A DNA stretch of 38,659 nucleotides from an uncultured Lachnospiraceae bacterium. GTDB taxonomy: Bacteria > Bacillota > Clostridia > Lachnospirales > Lachnospiraceae. Under the pieces are notes generated by a model. The model worked only from the letters and a program-made list of their open reading frames with translations, had not been told where the DNA came from and made no database searches. The translations under genes were made by a program, and so were the position numbers. The DNA lies in assembly GCA_902797665.1 (NCBI GenBank), contig CADBUA010000248.1, positions 1-38,659 of the forward strand, written 5' to 3'. Below, in pieces: positions 28,779 to 37,197 of this stretch. Every line of letters begins with the position of its first letter. The first letter of the stretch is position 1.

Positions 28779-28801
28779 CAGGGCGCTCTCTGAGCGCCCT
28801 G
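28779..28801 (-). terminator. GC-rich hairpin just after the lactonase stop
   Basis: CAGGGCGCTC-TCT-GAGCGCCCTG; weak U-tract. Confidence 0.4.
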
Positions 28802-28810
28802 TCCATACTC

Positions 28811-29902
28811 TTACCGTTCCGCCAGCGGCGGCTCTCCGAAGATGCCCTGGGAAGCCAGGGTTTCAGTGATCAGAATGCTGTTGGGTGTCTCCACATAAAG
28901 CTGCTTGCCCTTCATCACCAGCGTCTTCTTTTCATAGTCAATGGTAAAGAAGCGCATGTAGTTGGACTCATGGCAGAGAACCACCATCGTCTTCTCATCC
29001 GGGAAGACATCAATGTCCTTGGGATAGCCGCCCGAGATCGGGAGAATCAGGATCTCTGTCAGCATGCCCGTCGCCTGGTCGATCTGAAAGATCCCAACGG
29101 AATTCTCCCCCGCGCTGGAAGTATAGAGATAGTTTCCACTGGGCGAGATCCGGAGGGCACAGCTGGCGGAGGAGACATCCTTGTCATCAAAAATGCTCTT
29201 CACCTGCTGGATCAGCTGGAACATCTCCTTCGTGTTTTCCGGCTGATAACGATACACAAGAATCTGGTTCAGGATCTCGCAGTTCACATAGGCATACTTC
29301 CCGTCCCTGGAGAAACACATGAGACGCGGGCCGGCATTCAGCGGGAAACGCAGGATGTCATACAGCCTCAGCTTCCCATGCTGGTCCACCTTGTAGATCT
29401 TGGCCTGATCGATGCCATTGTCCACGGCACAGAGATATTGGTCGTCCGGCGTCGGGATCACACAGCTCACATGCGGCCGGAAAGAACGCTCCGCCACAGA
29501 ACCGATTCCCTGGTGGAAGATCCCGTCAAGGACCGAGCCCAATCGGCCGTCACGATGGGTGTGCACCACCGTAACTTTCCCGTCATGATAGCCGCCGACA
29601 AAGAGAAACTTTGCGGAGCTGTCCGTCGAAAGGTAGCAGCCGCGCATGCCATCAATGTCCACCTTGTTGATCGGTGTAAGCCAACCATCCTCCTCAATTT
29701 TCAACACCTCTACACCTTCATCCGCGATGGAATAGAGATAGCGCCCGCTGCGCGAGAGCGTCAGGTAGGAAGCATTGTGAACCGGAACAACCCCCCGTTC
29801 CGTCAGGGTCCTCCGTTCATCATCCACATCGTAAATATGAATTCCGATGCTACTCCCGTGCGTATAAGTCCCGACATAAGCAACATATTTCTTTTCAGGC
29901 AT
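28811..29902 (-). CDS. pgl: 6-phosphogluconolactonase / lactonase family beta-propeller
   Basis: AYVGTYT, PHVSC, AGPR, SPSGNYLY; ATG 29902 with GGAGG RBS. Confidence 0.82.
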   Translation of the reverse strand: MPEKKYVAYVGTYTHGSSIGIHIYDVDDERRTLTERGVVPVHNASYLTLSRSGRYLYSIADEGVEVLKIEEDGWLTPINKVDIDGMRGCYLSTDSSAKFLFVGGYHDGKVTVVHTHRDGRLGSVLDGIFHQGIGSVAERSFRPHVSCVIPTPDDQYLCAVDNGIDQAKIYKVDQHGKLRLYDILRFPLNAGPRLMCFSRDGKYAYVNCEILNQILVYRYQPENTKEMFQLIQQVKSIFDDKDVSSASCALRISPSGNYLYTSSAGENSVGIFQIDQATGMLTEILILPISGGYPKDIDVFPDEKTMVVLCHESNYMRFFTIDYEKKTLVMKGKQLYVETPNSILITETLASQGIFGEPPLAER

Positions 29903-30283
29903 CGATGAAACCTCCATGTGGTTGGAAATCCCGAATCCTCCGGGCGCTGAAAAATATCCTCAGAGCATGTTCATCATAACATTTGGAAAAAACCCTGTAA
30001 ACCTGATTTTCACTTGTCTCAGCTGCCTGAAAAGAGCACTCCCGCACTCCCGGAAGCATTCTCTGGCAGGTCCACAGAGCCCTTCAGGCCTCTTTTCGCT
30101 CTCTCAGAGCTTTCTCTGCGTTTTCTTTAATTTATTCTCTCCATTTTCTCAGTTTCTTCCAGGGAGATGAAATCCCTGGCCTAATAAAAATTTCTGTGTG
30201 AGATCCAGAATCCTGCCCGATCAGACAGTTTTTTAAGAGAGCCGCGAAATCGGGATCAGGCCGGAGACAGATCCGATAAAGGA

Positions 30284-30430
30284 TCGCAGCTGCCCAGCCT
30301 GAGGCGCCTCAAGGCATTCGGCCGGGCTGAGGCTCCTGCGCCCGCATCAAATGTGTTTCTGTCCTTTTCTTTTAAAATGTATGACATCGCTTTACGCAGA
30401 AAATCTGCAAAGTGGACTGGAGAGTTACGA
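30284..30430 (+). repeat. Dispersed intergenic element, full-length diverged copy
   Basis: TCGCAGCTGCCCAGCCTGAGGCGCCTCAAGGCATTCGGCCGGGCTGAGGCTCCTGCGCCCGCAT...AAATGTATGAC...GGACTGGAGAGTTACGA; same 63-nt module offset as the 4828/4891 copy. Confidence 0.8.
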
Positions 30431-30447
30431 AAAAAGTTACAATCCTG

Positions 30448-30475
30448 TTGACAGCGAGGGGAAAATCTATATAAT
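30448..30475 (+). promoter_or_regulatory. Consensus sigma-A promoter of the XRE-potABCD operon
   Basis: TTGACA-16 bp-TATAAT. Confidence 0.85.
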
Positions 30476-30486
30476 CAGCATGGGTC

Positions 30487-30509
30487 GGAGTTCAGTAACG
30501 CTAAACTCC
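30487..30509. promoter_or_regulatory. Candidate operator palindrome
   Basis: GGAGTTCAG-TAACG-CTAAACTCC (8 of 9 symmetric), just downstream of the predicted +1. Confidence 0.5.
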
Positions 30510-30540
30510 AAGTTTAATTTTGATTTACCAAGAGGTAGGC

Positions 30541-31080
30541 ATGGAAATCGGACCAAAAATCAAGCGCCTGAGGCTTGAAAAGATGCTGACACAAGAGGAA
30601 CTTGCGGACCGGACAGAGCTCTCCAAAAGCTTCATCTCCCAGGTGGAGCGGGATCTGACAAGCCCCTCCATTGCCACCCTGATCGACATCCTGCAGGCTT
30701 TGGGGACAAACCTGAAAGACTTCTTCAATGACGAGACAGACAGTCAGATCGTCTTCCATGACAGTGACTACTTTGAGAAGATGGACGAGGAGCTCGGCAA
30801 CAAGACAGAATGGATCATCCCCAATGCGCAGAAGAACAGGATGGAGCCCGTCCGAATCACACTTGAACCCGGGGGATGCACCTATGAGGCAATGCCCTTC
30901 GAGGGGGAGGAGTTCGGATATGTGCTCTCAGGCACACTCTCCATCCACTTAGGGCAGAAGGTTTTCAAAGCAAAAAAGGGAGAGTCCTTCTATTTCAAGG
31001 CCACGCTTCCCCACCATATTGAAAACACCGGCAAGGGCAGTGCCATCTTTATCTGGGTCTGCACGCCGCCAAATTTCTGA
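30541..31080 (+). CDS. XRE-family HTH plus cupin regulator (PuuR-like)
   Basis: IGPKIKRLR...LTQEELADRTELSKSFISQVERD; cupin GEEFGYVLSG; GAGGT RBS; upstream of potA. Confidence 0.9.
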   Translation: MEIGPKIKRLRLEKMLTQEELADRTELSKSFISQVERDLTSPSIATLIDILQALGTNLKDFFNDETDSQIVFHDSDYFEKMDEELGNKTEWIIPNAQKNRMEPVRITLEPGGCTYEAMPFEGEEFGYVLSGTLSIHLGQKVFKAKKGESFYFKATLPHHIENTGKGSAIFIWVCTPPNF

Positions 31081-31146
31081 CTCTGAAACCAAAGACCTGC
31101 ATTTGACGGAGCCTTTCTTCGGCCTCCACAGACGAGGAACTTCAGA

Positions 31147-32286
31147 ATGAGCAATAAACTGATTGATCTTCAGCACATCACCAAGAGCTTCGATGGGACA
31201 ATGGTCCTGGACGACCTCTGTCTCTACATCCGGGAAAATGAGTTTCTGACGCTCCTGGGCCCGTCCGGGTGTGGCAAAACCACGACGCTGCGCATCCTCG
31301 GCGGCTTCGAACACCCGGACAGCGGTCGGGTCATCTTTGACGGCGCGGACATCACGGACCTTTCGCCCAACAAGCGCCAGCTCAACACAGTTTTCCAGAA
31401 GTACGCGCTCTTCAGTCACATGAACATCGCGGACAACATCGCCTTTGGACTGAAAATCCGCAAAAAGTCCAAGGAATACATTGACGATAAGATCAAGTAT
31501 GCCCTGAAGCTGGTGAACCTGGAGGGCTTTGAGACGCGCATGCCGGACTCTCTGTCCGGCGGCCAGCAGCAGCGGATCGCCATTGCCCGGGCCATCGTCA
31601 ATGAGCCCAAGGTACTGCTCCTGGATGAGCCTCTGGGCGCTCTGGATCTGAAGCTGAGGCAGGACATGCAATATGAGCTGATCCGTCTGAAGAACGAGCT
31701 CGGCATTACCTTTATCTACGTGACGCACGATCAGGAGGAAGCTCTGACCATGTCCGACACCATCGTGGTCATGAACCAGGGCTATATCCAGCAGATTGGC
31801 ACGCCGGAGGATATCTACAATGAGCCGCAGAATGCCTTTGTCGCCGATTTCATCGGCGACTCCAACATTCTCCCCGGCATCATGATCAAGGATCAGCTGG
31901 TGGAGTTTATGGGGGCCAGATTCGCCTGCGTGGACACAGGATTTGGGACCAACAAGCCGGTGGATGTTGTCATCCGGCCGGAGGATCTGAAGCTGTTTGC
32001 GCTTCCCGAAGGCGCGGAGAAGGGCAGCGAGGCCTACCAGAGCTGTGTCTCCAAGGCGGAGGCGCTCAACCCCGGCTATCTCACCGGTGTGGTCAGCCAT
32101 CTGATCTTCAAAGGCGTTCACTATGAGATGGAAGTGCAGTCAGGCGGTTTTGAATGGCTGGTACACTCGACCAGGCTGTTTGCCGTCGGGACAAAGGTTC
32201 TCATGTCCGTCGACCCCTTCAACATCCAGATCATGAACAAGCCGGAGTCGGAGGATGAGCAGGCTGTGGCTCTGGAGGACATGTGA
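31147..32286 (+). CDS. potA: Spermidine/putrescine ABC transporter ATPase
   Basis: [32 protein letters not shown]-terminal TOBE domain. Confidence 0.93.
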   Translation: MSNKLIDLQHITKSFDGTMVLDDLCLYIRENEFLTLLGPSGCGKTTTLRILGGFEHPDSGRVIFDGADITDLSPNKRQLNTVFQKYALFSHMNIADNIAFGLKIRKKSKEYIDDKIKYALKLVNLEGFETRMPDSLSGGQQQRIAIARAIVNEPKVLLLDEPLGALDLKLRQDMQYELIRLKNELGITFIYVTHDQEEALTMSDTIVVMNQGYIQQIGTPEDIYNEPQNAFVADFIGDSNILPGIMIKDQLVEFMGARFACVDTGFGTNKPVDVVIRPEDLKLFALPEGAEKGSEAYQSCVSKAEALNPGYLTGVVSHLIFKGVHYEMEVQSGGFEWLVHSTRLFAVGTKVLMSVDPFNIQIMNKPESEDEQAVALEDM

Positions 32287-32532
32287 GTGGAAAGCTCATT
32301 TTTTGCTGGCTGAAGGCGCCTGCGGCTTTACATGTGCATGCAGCTTTCGCCAGCTGTCTGGAAATGTCCCGGCTGGGGCAGAAAACTGGCATCTGTCGAT
32401 CCGTTCATTTGATTCTGTTTTGATCTCATTCTGATCACAGCCAGGGTTCTTTGTGATTGGCTCCTGGATTTTGAGTCTTTACGATATGAATCATGAATCT
32501 TCAGTCTCCTGCTCTTCACATGGAGGGAAAGC

Positions 32533-33354
32533 ATGAAGAAGCACAACGGCCTGATCAACGGGCCTTATCTCGTCTGGACCGCGGCATTCATCGTGATCCC
32601 ACTGCTCCTGATCTTCTACTACGGTCTGACAGACAAGTCCGGCCATTTCACCCTGAGCAACATCGCAGAGATGGGGACCCCGGAGCGCATGAAAGCCCTC
32701 TGGCTCTCACTCATTCTGTCCCTTCTGGCCACTTTCATCTGTCTTCTCATGGCCTATCCACTGGCCATGATCCTGGCAAAGATGAAAACGGCCATGGGTT
32801 TCATCGTCACCATCTTCATCATTCCCATGTGGATGAACTCCCTGCTCAGGATCCTGGCCTGGCAGACGCTCCTGGAACGGAACGGCGTCATCAACCAGTT
32901 CCTCCGCATGGCACACCTGCCGGAACAGCACCTGATCAATACCCCCTACGCCATCGGGCTGGGCATGATCTATGACTTTCTGCCCTTCATGCTCCTGCCC
33001 ATCTACAATTCGCTGCTGAAGATCGACTCGAACGTGATCAACGCCGCTTACGACCTCGGCGCCAACCGCTGGCAGACCTTCTGGAAGGTCACCTTCCCGC
33101 TGACGCTGCCTGGCGTCATCTCCGGCATCACCATGGTCTTTGTTCCTGCCCTGACCACCTTTGTCATCAGCGATTTTCTCGGCGGATCCAAGGTCCTCCT
33201 GATCGGAAACGTGATCGAGCAGCAGTTCACCCAGGTGGGCAACTGGAACGTAGGCTCCGGCCTGTCTCTGGTTCTGATGGTCTTTATCCTGATCTCAATG
33301 GCGCTCATGAACCACTTTGACAAATCTGACGAGGGGGCAGCGGGCATTTTATGA
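32533..33354 (+). CDS. potB: Spermidine/putrescine ABC permease
   Basis: PMWMNSLLR, FLPFMLLPIY, EAA-like loop NAAYDLGA. Confidence 0.9.
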   Translation: MKKHNGLINGPYLVWTAAFIVIPLLLIFYYGLTDKSGHFTLSNIAEMGTPERMKALWLSLILSLLATFICLLMAYPLAMILAKMKTAMGFIVTIFIIPMWMNSLLRILAWQTLLERNGVINQFLRMAHLPEQHLINTPYAIGLGMIYDFLPFMLLPIYNSLLKIDSNVINAAYDLGANRWQTFWKVTFPLTLPGVISGITMVFVPALTTFVISDFLGGSKVLLIGNVIEQQFTQVGNWNVGSGLSLVLMVFILISMALMNHFDKSDEGAAGIL

Positions 33355-34172
33355 AAAAAGTACTTTCCAGAATCTATCTCGCATTCATCTTCATCCTGCT
33401 TTACGCGCCGATCCTGGTGCTGATCATCCTCTCCTTTAACGACTCGAAGACGAGAGCAAAATGGGGTGGATGGACATTGAAATGGTACCAGCAGATGCTG
33501 CTCAACGCAGACATCATGGCAGCGTTTCGAAATACCCTGATCATCGCCCTTCTTTCTGCCCTGATCTCCACCCTTCTGGGGCTTCTGGCGGCCATCGGAC
33601 TGAACCGGATGAAGCGCAAGAGCACCCGGACCGTCATCATGAGTGCCCTGAACATCCCCATGCTCAACGCGGAGATTGTCACCGGCATTTCCCTGATGCT
33701 GGTCTTCATCGCCTTCGGACAGTTCCTGAACCACTGGGGCTACACCATTGCTTTTGGCTTCGGGACAGTGCTCATCGGGCATATCACCTTCAATCTGCCC
33801 TACACGGTTCTCTCGATCCTTCCGCCTCTCTCCAAGGTCAATGTGAGCACCTATGAGGCGGCGCTGGATCTGGGCTGCTCCAGCAGGCAGGCCTTTTTCA
33901 GGATTGTCTTCCCGGACATCCTGCCCGGGATTCTGTCAGGCTTTCTTCTGGCCTTCACCCTGTCTCTGGATGACTTTGTCATCACGCACTTTGTGAAAGG
34001 CCCCGGCTTTGACACCCTCTCCACCAAGATCTACACCGAGGTCCGGAAGGGCATCAAACCCGAGATGTACGCCCTGTCGACCCTGCTCTTTGTTTCTGTC
34101 CTGGCCCTGCTCCTGATCTTCGGCCGGAGCCGGAACGAGCATAAGGCAGCGTCTGAGAAGCCGGTTGCCTGA
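33351..34172 (+). CDS. potC: Spermidine/putrescine ABC permease
   Basis: FILLYAPI, EAALDLG, FTLSLDDFVIT; ATGA overlap with potB. Confidence 0.9.
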   Translation: MKKVLSRIYLAFIFILLYAPILVLIILSFNDSKTRAKWGGWTLKWYQQMLLNADIMAAFRNTLIIALLSALISTLLGLLAAIGLNRMKRKSTRTVIMSALNIPMLNAEIVTGISLMLVFIAFGQFLNHWGYTIAFGFGTVLIGHITFNLPYTVLSILPPLSKVNVSTYEAALDLGCSSRQAFFRIVFPDILPGILSGFLLAFTLSLDDFVITHFVKGPGFDTLSTKIYTEVRKGIKPEMYALSTLLFVSVLALLLIFGRSRNEHKAASEKPVA

Positions 34173-34429
34173 AAGCGCTTTCAATCAGGTTAAACAGTAT
34201 TCAGATCCTATCTGGATGGCGGCAATTAATAGTTTAAATTATTTTAATCTTTTAACCATTTTATTATATTTATTTTTACTATTTAATCATTTTAATCATC
34301 TTGATTTTTCTTATGTTTACGCTATGCCCATTTATTGTTTAGCTATTTTCATTTAATATTCATATATGATTGGTATTAATCAGTTTTTCACATCATAATA
34401 GTGTTTATATCAGCAAGATTCATGTTTTG

Positions 34430-34592
34430 TAAGATATTTGGCAACTGTCCAGTCCGCTTTGGCCGCCTGTCGCCAAGCGAGGCAGCACAGTTCAGAAGCA
34501 AAGGCCTGTCGCGCATTGTATGCGACGACAGGAGCCTCAGCCCGGGCTCGTACCTCCCAGGCGCCTGCGGCTGGACAGCTGCCAAGATCTTA
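34430..34592 (-). repeat. Dispersed intergenic element, full copy with long closing inverted repeat
   Basis: TAAGATATTTGGCAACTGTCCAGTCCGC (34430-34457) pairs imperfectly with GCGGCTGGACAGCTGCCAAGATCTTA (34567-34592); core at 34443-34492. Confidence 0.88.
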
Positions 34593-34607
34593 ATGGAGGA
34601 GCACCGT

Positions 34608-35792
34608 ATGAGAACCAGAACCATCCTTGTACCTGCCGCAATCGCTGTGCTGGCAGCCACCCTCACGACCGGATGCATCACCAAAGTGGAGGAGGCCAAC
34701 GCTCCCGCGAGTGTCCAGTCAGAGGCCGCGCCGGAAAGTTCTCCCGCTGTGACAGAGGGAAGCGCCGCAACAGAGGCAGAGAATGCATCTGGCGGGGCTG
34801 CCGCGAAGGGAAGCGGCGAAGTCGTCGTCTACAACTGGGGAGAATACATCGACCCGGATGTCATCAGCCAATTCGAGGAAGAAACCGGAATCAAAGTCGT
34901 CTACGAGGAGTTTGAGACCAACGAGATCATGTATCCCAAGGTCGCAGCCGGTGCAGCCAGCTATGACCTGATCTGCCCCTCTGACTACATGATCGCCCGG
35001 ATGCTGGGCGAGGACATGCTCCAGCCCATCGACTTCAGCAAAGTTCCGAATTTCAGCAACATCGACGAGGAGTACATCCTGAAGTCCCAGGGCTTTGACC
35101 CGGAGAACAAGTACTCCATCCCCTACTGCTGGGGTACGGTGGGTATCCTCTACAACAAAACCATGCTGGAGGAGGGCGACGTCGTCGACTCCTGGGACAT
35201 CCTCTGGGATGAAGACTACAAGGACAGCATTCTCATGCAGGACTCCATCCGGGACGCTTACATGGTCATCGAGAAGCGCCTGGGCTATGATGTCAATACT
35301 GTGGACGAAGAAGAGATCAAAGCCTGCACAGACGAGCTGATCGCCCAGAAGCCCCTGGTCCAGGCCTATGTCATCGATCAGGTTCGCGACAAGATGATCG
35401 GCGGAGAGGCTGCCCTCGGCGTCATCTACTCCGGGGAGGCCATCTACACCAAGCGTGAGAACGAGGATCTGGAGTATGTGATCCCGAAGGAGGGAAGCAA
35501 CATCTGGATCGATTCCTGGGTGATCCCGAAGAACGCCATGCACGTGGACAATGCCCATGCCTTCCTGGATTTCCTCTGCCGCGGCGACATTGCCGTCAAA
35601 AACTTCGAGTACATCACCTACTCCACCCCCAACAAGGCAGCCCGGGAGCTCATTGAGGATGAGGACATCAAAAACTCCACGGTCGCTTTCCCGACCGCCG
35701 AGATGCTGGAGAACAGCGATGTCTATACCTACCTGGGAGAAGAAGGGGACGCTCTGCTCGCCAGGTATTGGGATAAGGTCAAGTCAAGCTGA
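34608..35792 (+). CDS. potD: Spermidine/putrescine-binding lipoprotein
   Basis: GGAGGA RBS; lipobox-like LTTGC; VYNWGEYID, PSDY, PYCWGTVGI, PKEGSNIWID. Confidence 0.92.
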   Translation: MRTRTILVPAAIAVLAATLTTGCITKVEEANAPASVQSEAAPESSPAVTEGSAATEAENASGGAAAKGSGEVVVYNWGEYIDPDVISQFEEETGIKVVYEEFETNEIMYPKVAAGAASYDLICPSDYMIARMLGEDMLQPIDFSKVPNFSNIDEEYILKSQGFDPENKYSIPYCWGTVGILYNKTMLEEGDVVDSWDILWDEDYKDSILMQDSIRDAYMVIEKRLGYDVNTVDEEEIKACTDELIAQKPLVQAYVIDQVRDKMIGGEAALGVIYSGEAIYTKRENEDLEYVIPKEGSNIWIDSWVIPKNAMHVDNAHAFLDFLCRGDIAVKNFEYITYSTPNKAARELIEDEDIKNSTVAFPTAEMLENSDVYTYLGEEGDALLARYWDKVKSS

Positions 35793-35805
35793 GGCAATAG
35801 ACTTT

Positions 35806-36828
35806 ATGGGACGTGTAATCACTTACCACCTGGACAAACAGGAATATACATGCGACAGAAAAGCCACGGCCGGAGAGTTTCTCCGGCGCCGCGGCTTTTC
35901 GCGTCATGTCATTATGCACCTGAAGCACCACGAAAACACCCTGCTTCTGAATGGAGTGCCGGTGTTCACCAATGCCGAGGTCTCCGCCGGGGATGACCTG
36001 ACTGTGATCTTCGAAGACGAAGTGCCGATTGATCAGAACAAACGGGTTCTGCCCCGGGCGATGCCGCTGAACATCCTCTACGAGGACGAGGACATCCTGA
36101 TTCTCAATAAGCCCCCCTATCTCCCGGTCCAGCCCTCCCAGGGGCATTGGGAGGATACGCTGGGGAACGGGGCTGCCTACTACTACCAGAGTCAGAGGAT
36201 CCCCTTCGTCTACCGCTGTGTGAACCGCCTGGACCGCAATACCTCAGGCCTTGTGATTGTCTCCCGGCACATCGCCAGCGCGTCAGTCCTCTACGAAGAG
36301 ATGAAGGCCCGGGCGATTCACCGGACCTATCTGGCACTGGTCCAGGGAAAACTTGATCCGCCCCTGCCCCTCGCCAGGGAGATGGACAGAGCATCCGGAG
36401 AGGAGATGTTCCGCTATTCTGACAAGCTCTCCGCTTTCCAGGCAGCATCTGACAGCTGTCCCACCTACGCCATCGATCTTCCGATTGTTCGTCTGGTGGA
36501 GGGAGAGATCGAGCGCGGCGTCGACTTTGTCCGCGGCAAGCGGTCTGTCACGACTTTCCGCCGCATCGGCTACAACACAAAGAGCGATACCACAGCCCTC
36601 CTGATCCGCCTTCAGACTGGAAGGACTCACCAGATCAGGGTCCATATGTCCTATCTGGGCTTCCCCATCGCCGGAGACGGTCTCTATGGCCGGGAGGACT
36701 CCCTGAAACTGATCCCCAGGCAGGCCCTCCACTCCCTGAGCCTGGATTTCGTCCACCCGATCAGCGGGGAGATGCTTCACTTTGAAGCTCCAGTCCCCCA
36801 TGATATACAGGCCCTGTTTGACGACTGA
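35806..36828 (+). CDS. RluA/RluD-family pseudouridine synthase
   Basis: ILYEDEDILILNKP, NRLDRNTSG (catalytic Asp), TGRTHQIRVH, GDGLYG, RQALH. Confidence 0.92.
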   Translation: MGRVITYHLDKQEYTCDRKATAGEFLRRRGFSRHVIMHLKHHENTLLLNGVPVFTNAEVSAGDDLTVIFEDEVPIDQNKRVLPRAMPLNILYEDEDILILNKPPYLPVQPSQGHWEDTLGNGAAYYYQSQRIPFVYRCVNRLDRNTSGLVIVSRHIASASVLYEEMKARAIHRTYLALVQGKLDPPLPLAREMDRASGEEMFRYSDKLSAFQAASDSCPTYAIDLPIVRLVEGEIERGVDFVRGKRSVTTFRRIGYNTKSDTTALLIRLQTGRTHQIRVHMSYLGFPIAGDGLYGREDSLKLIPRQALHSLSLDFVHPISGEMLHFEAPVPHDIQALFDD

Positions 36829-36884
36829 CAGAGACAGGTCTCAAAGAATCCCTGGACCGGAAAGTGGAAAGCCGGGATCAGAAG

Positions 36885-36939
36885 AACTGCTGCCTGCGTC
36901 TGGCCGAATGCCTGCAGAGGCTTGCGGCTGGGCAGGTAC
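36885..36939 (-). repeat. Dispersed intergenic element, left module only
   Basis: Reverse complement reads GTACCTGCCCAGCCGCAAGCCTCTGCAGGCATTCGGCCAGACGCAGGCAGCAG. Confidence 0.7.
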
Positions 36940-37064
36940 AAAAAGACAAAGGGGTTGCCCCATGCGCAGTTTGCGCTGCGCGTGAGAATACAGGGAATAC
37001 AAATAGTTAATAAAGTTAAAAGAATTCTTTAAAATTTGGTATTTAGAATTCAGAGAATTCAGCT

Positions 37065-37096
37065 AAAAAAGAGGACGGCTTTGCCGTCCTCTTTTT
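37065..37096. terminator. Bidirectional intrinsic terminator
   Basis: AAAAAA-GAGGACGGC-TTT-GCCGTCCTC-TTTTT between convergent genes. Confidence 0.88.
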
Positions 37097-37197
37097 GCCT
37101 TTTACCGAGAAGCATTCGGATTTGCCAGGTGTTTCAGCGCTGTACCCGCGCACTCCGATTGAATGCCGCTTTTTCATTCCCTGGAAAGGCCTGGGTC

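Noticed and set aside
34165-34356. 63-aa hydrophobic ORF in the AT-rich island
   Set aside because: No RBS, and its composition is explained by the T-rich tract.
34401-34607. N-terminal extensions of PotD, AroC (28545-28751) and RluA (35551-35805) in the ORF track
   Set aside because: Downstream starts with RBSs and family-typical N-termini exist; the extensions run through repeat elements or the upstream gene.
2048-37150. Short GCGCGGGTA-like motif near 2048, 7798, 21739 and 37142, and a GGCAGATTCTGC match between 7806 and 17371
   Set aside because: Too short and too GC-rich to distinguish from chance by eye.
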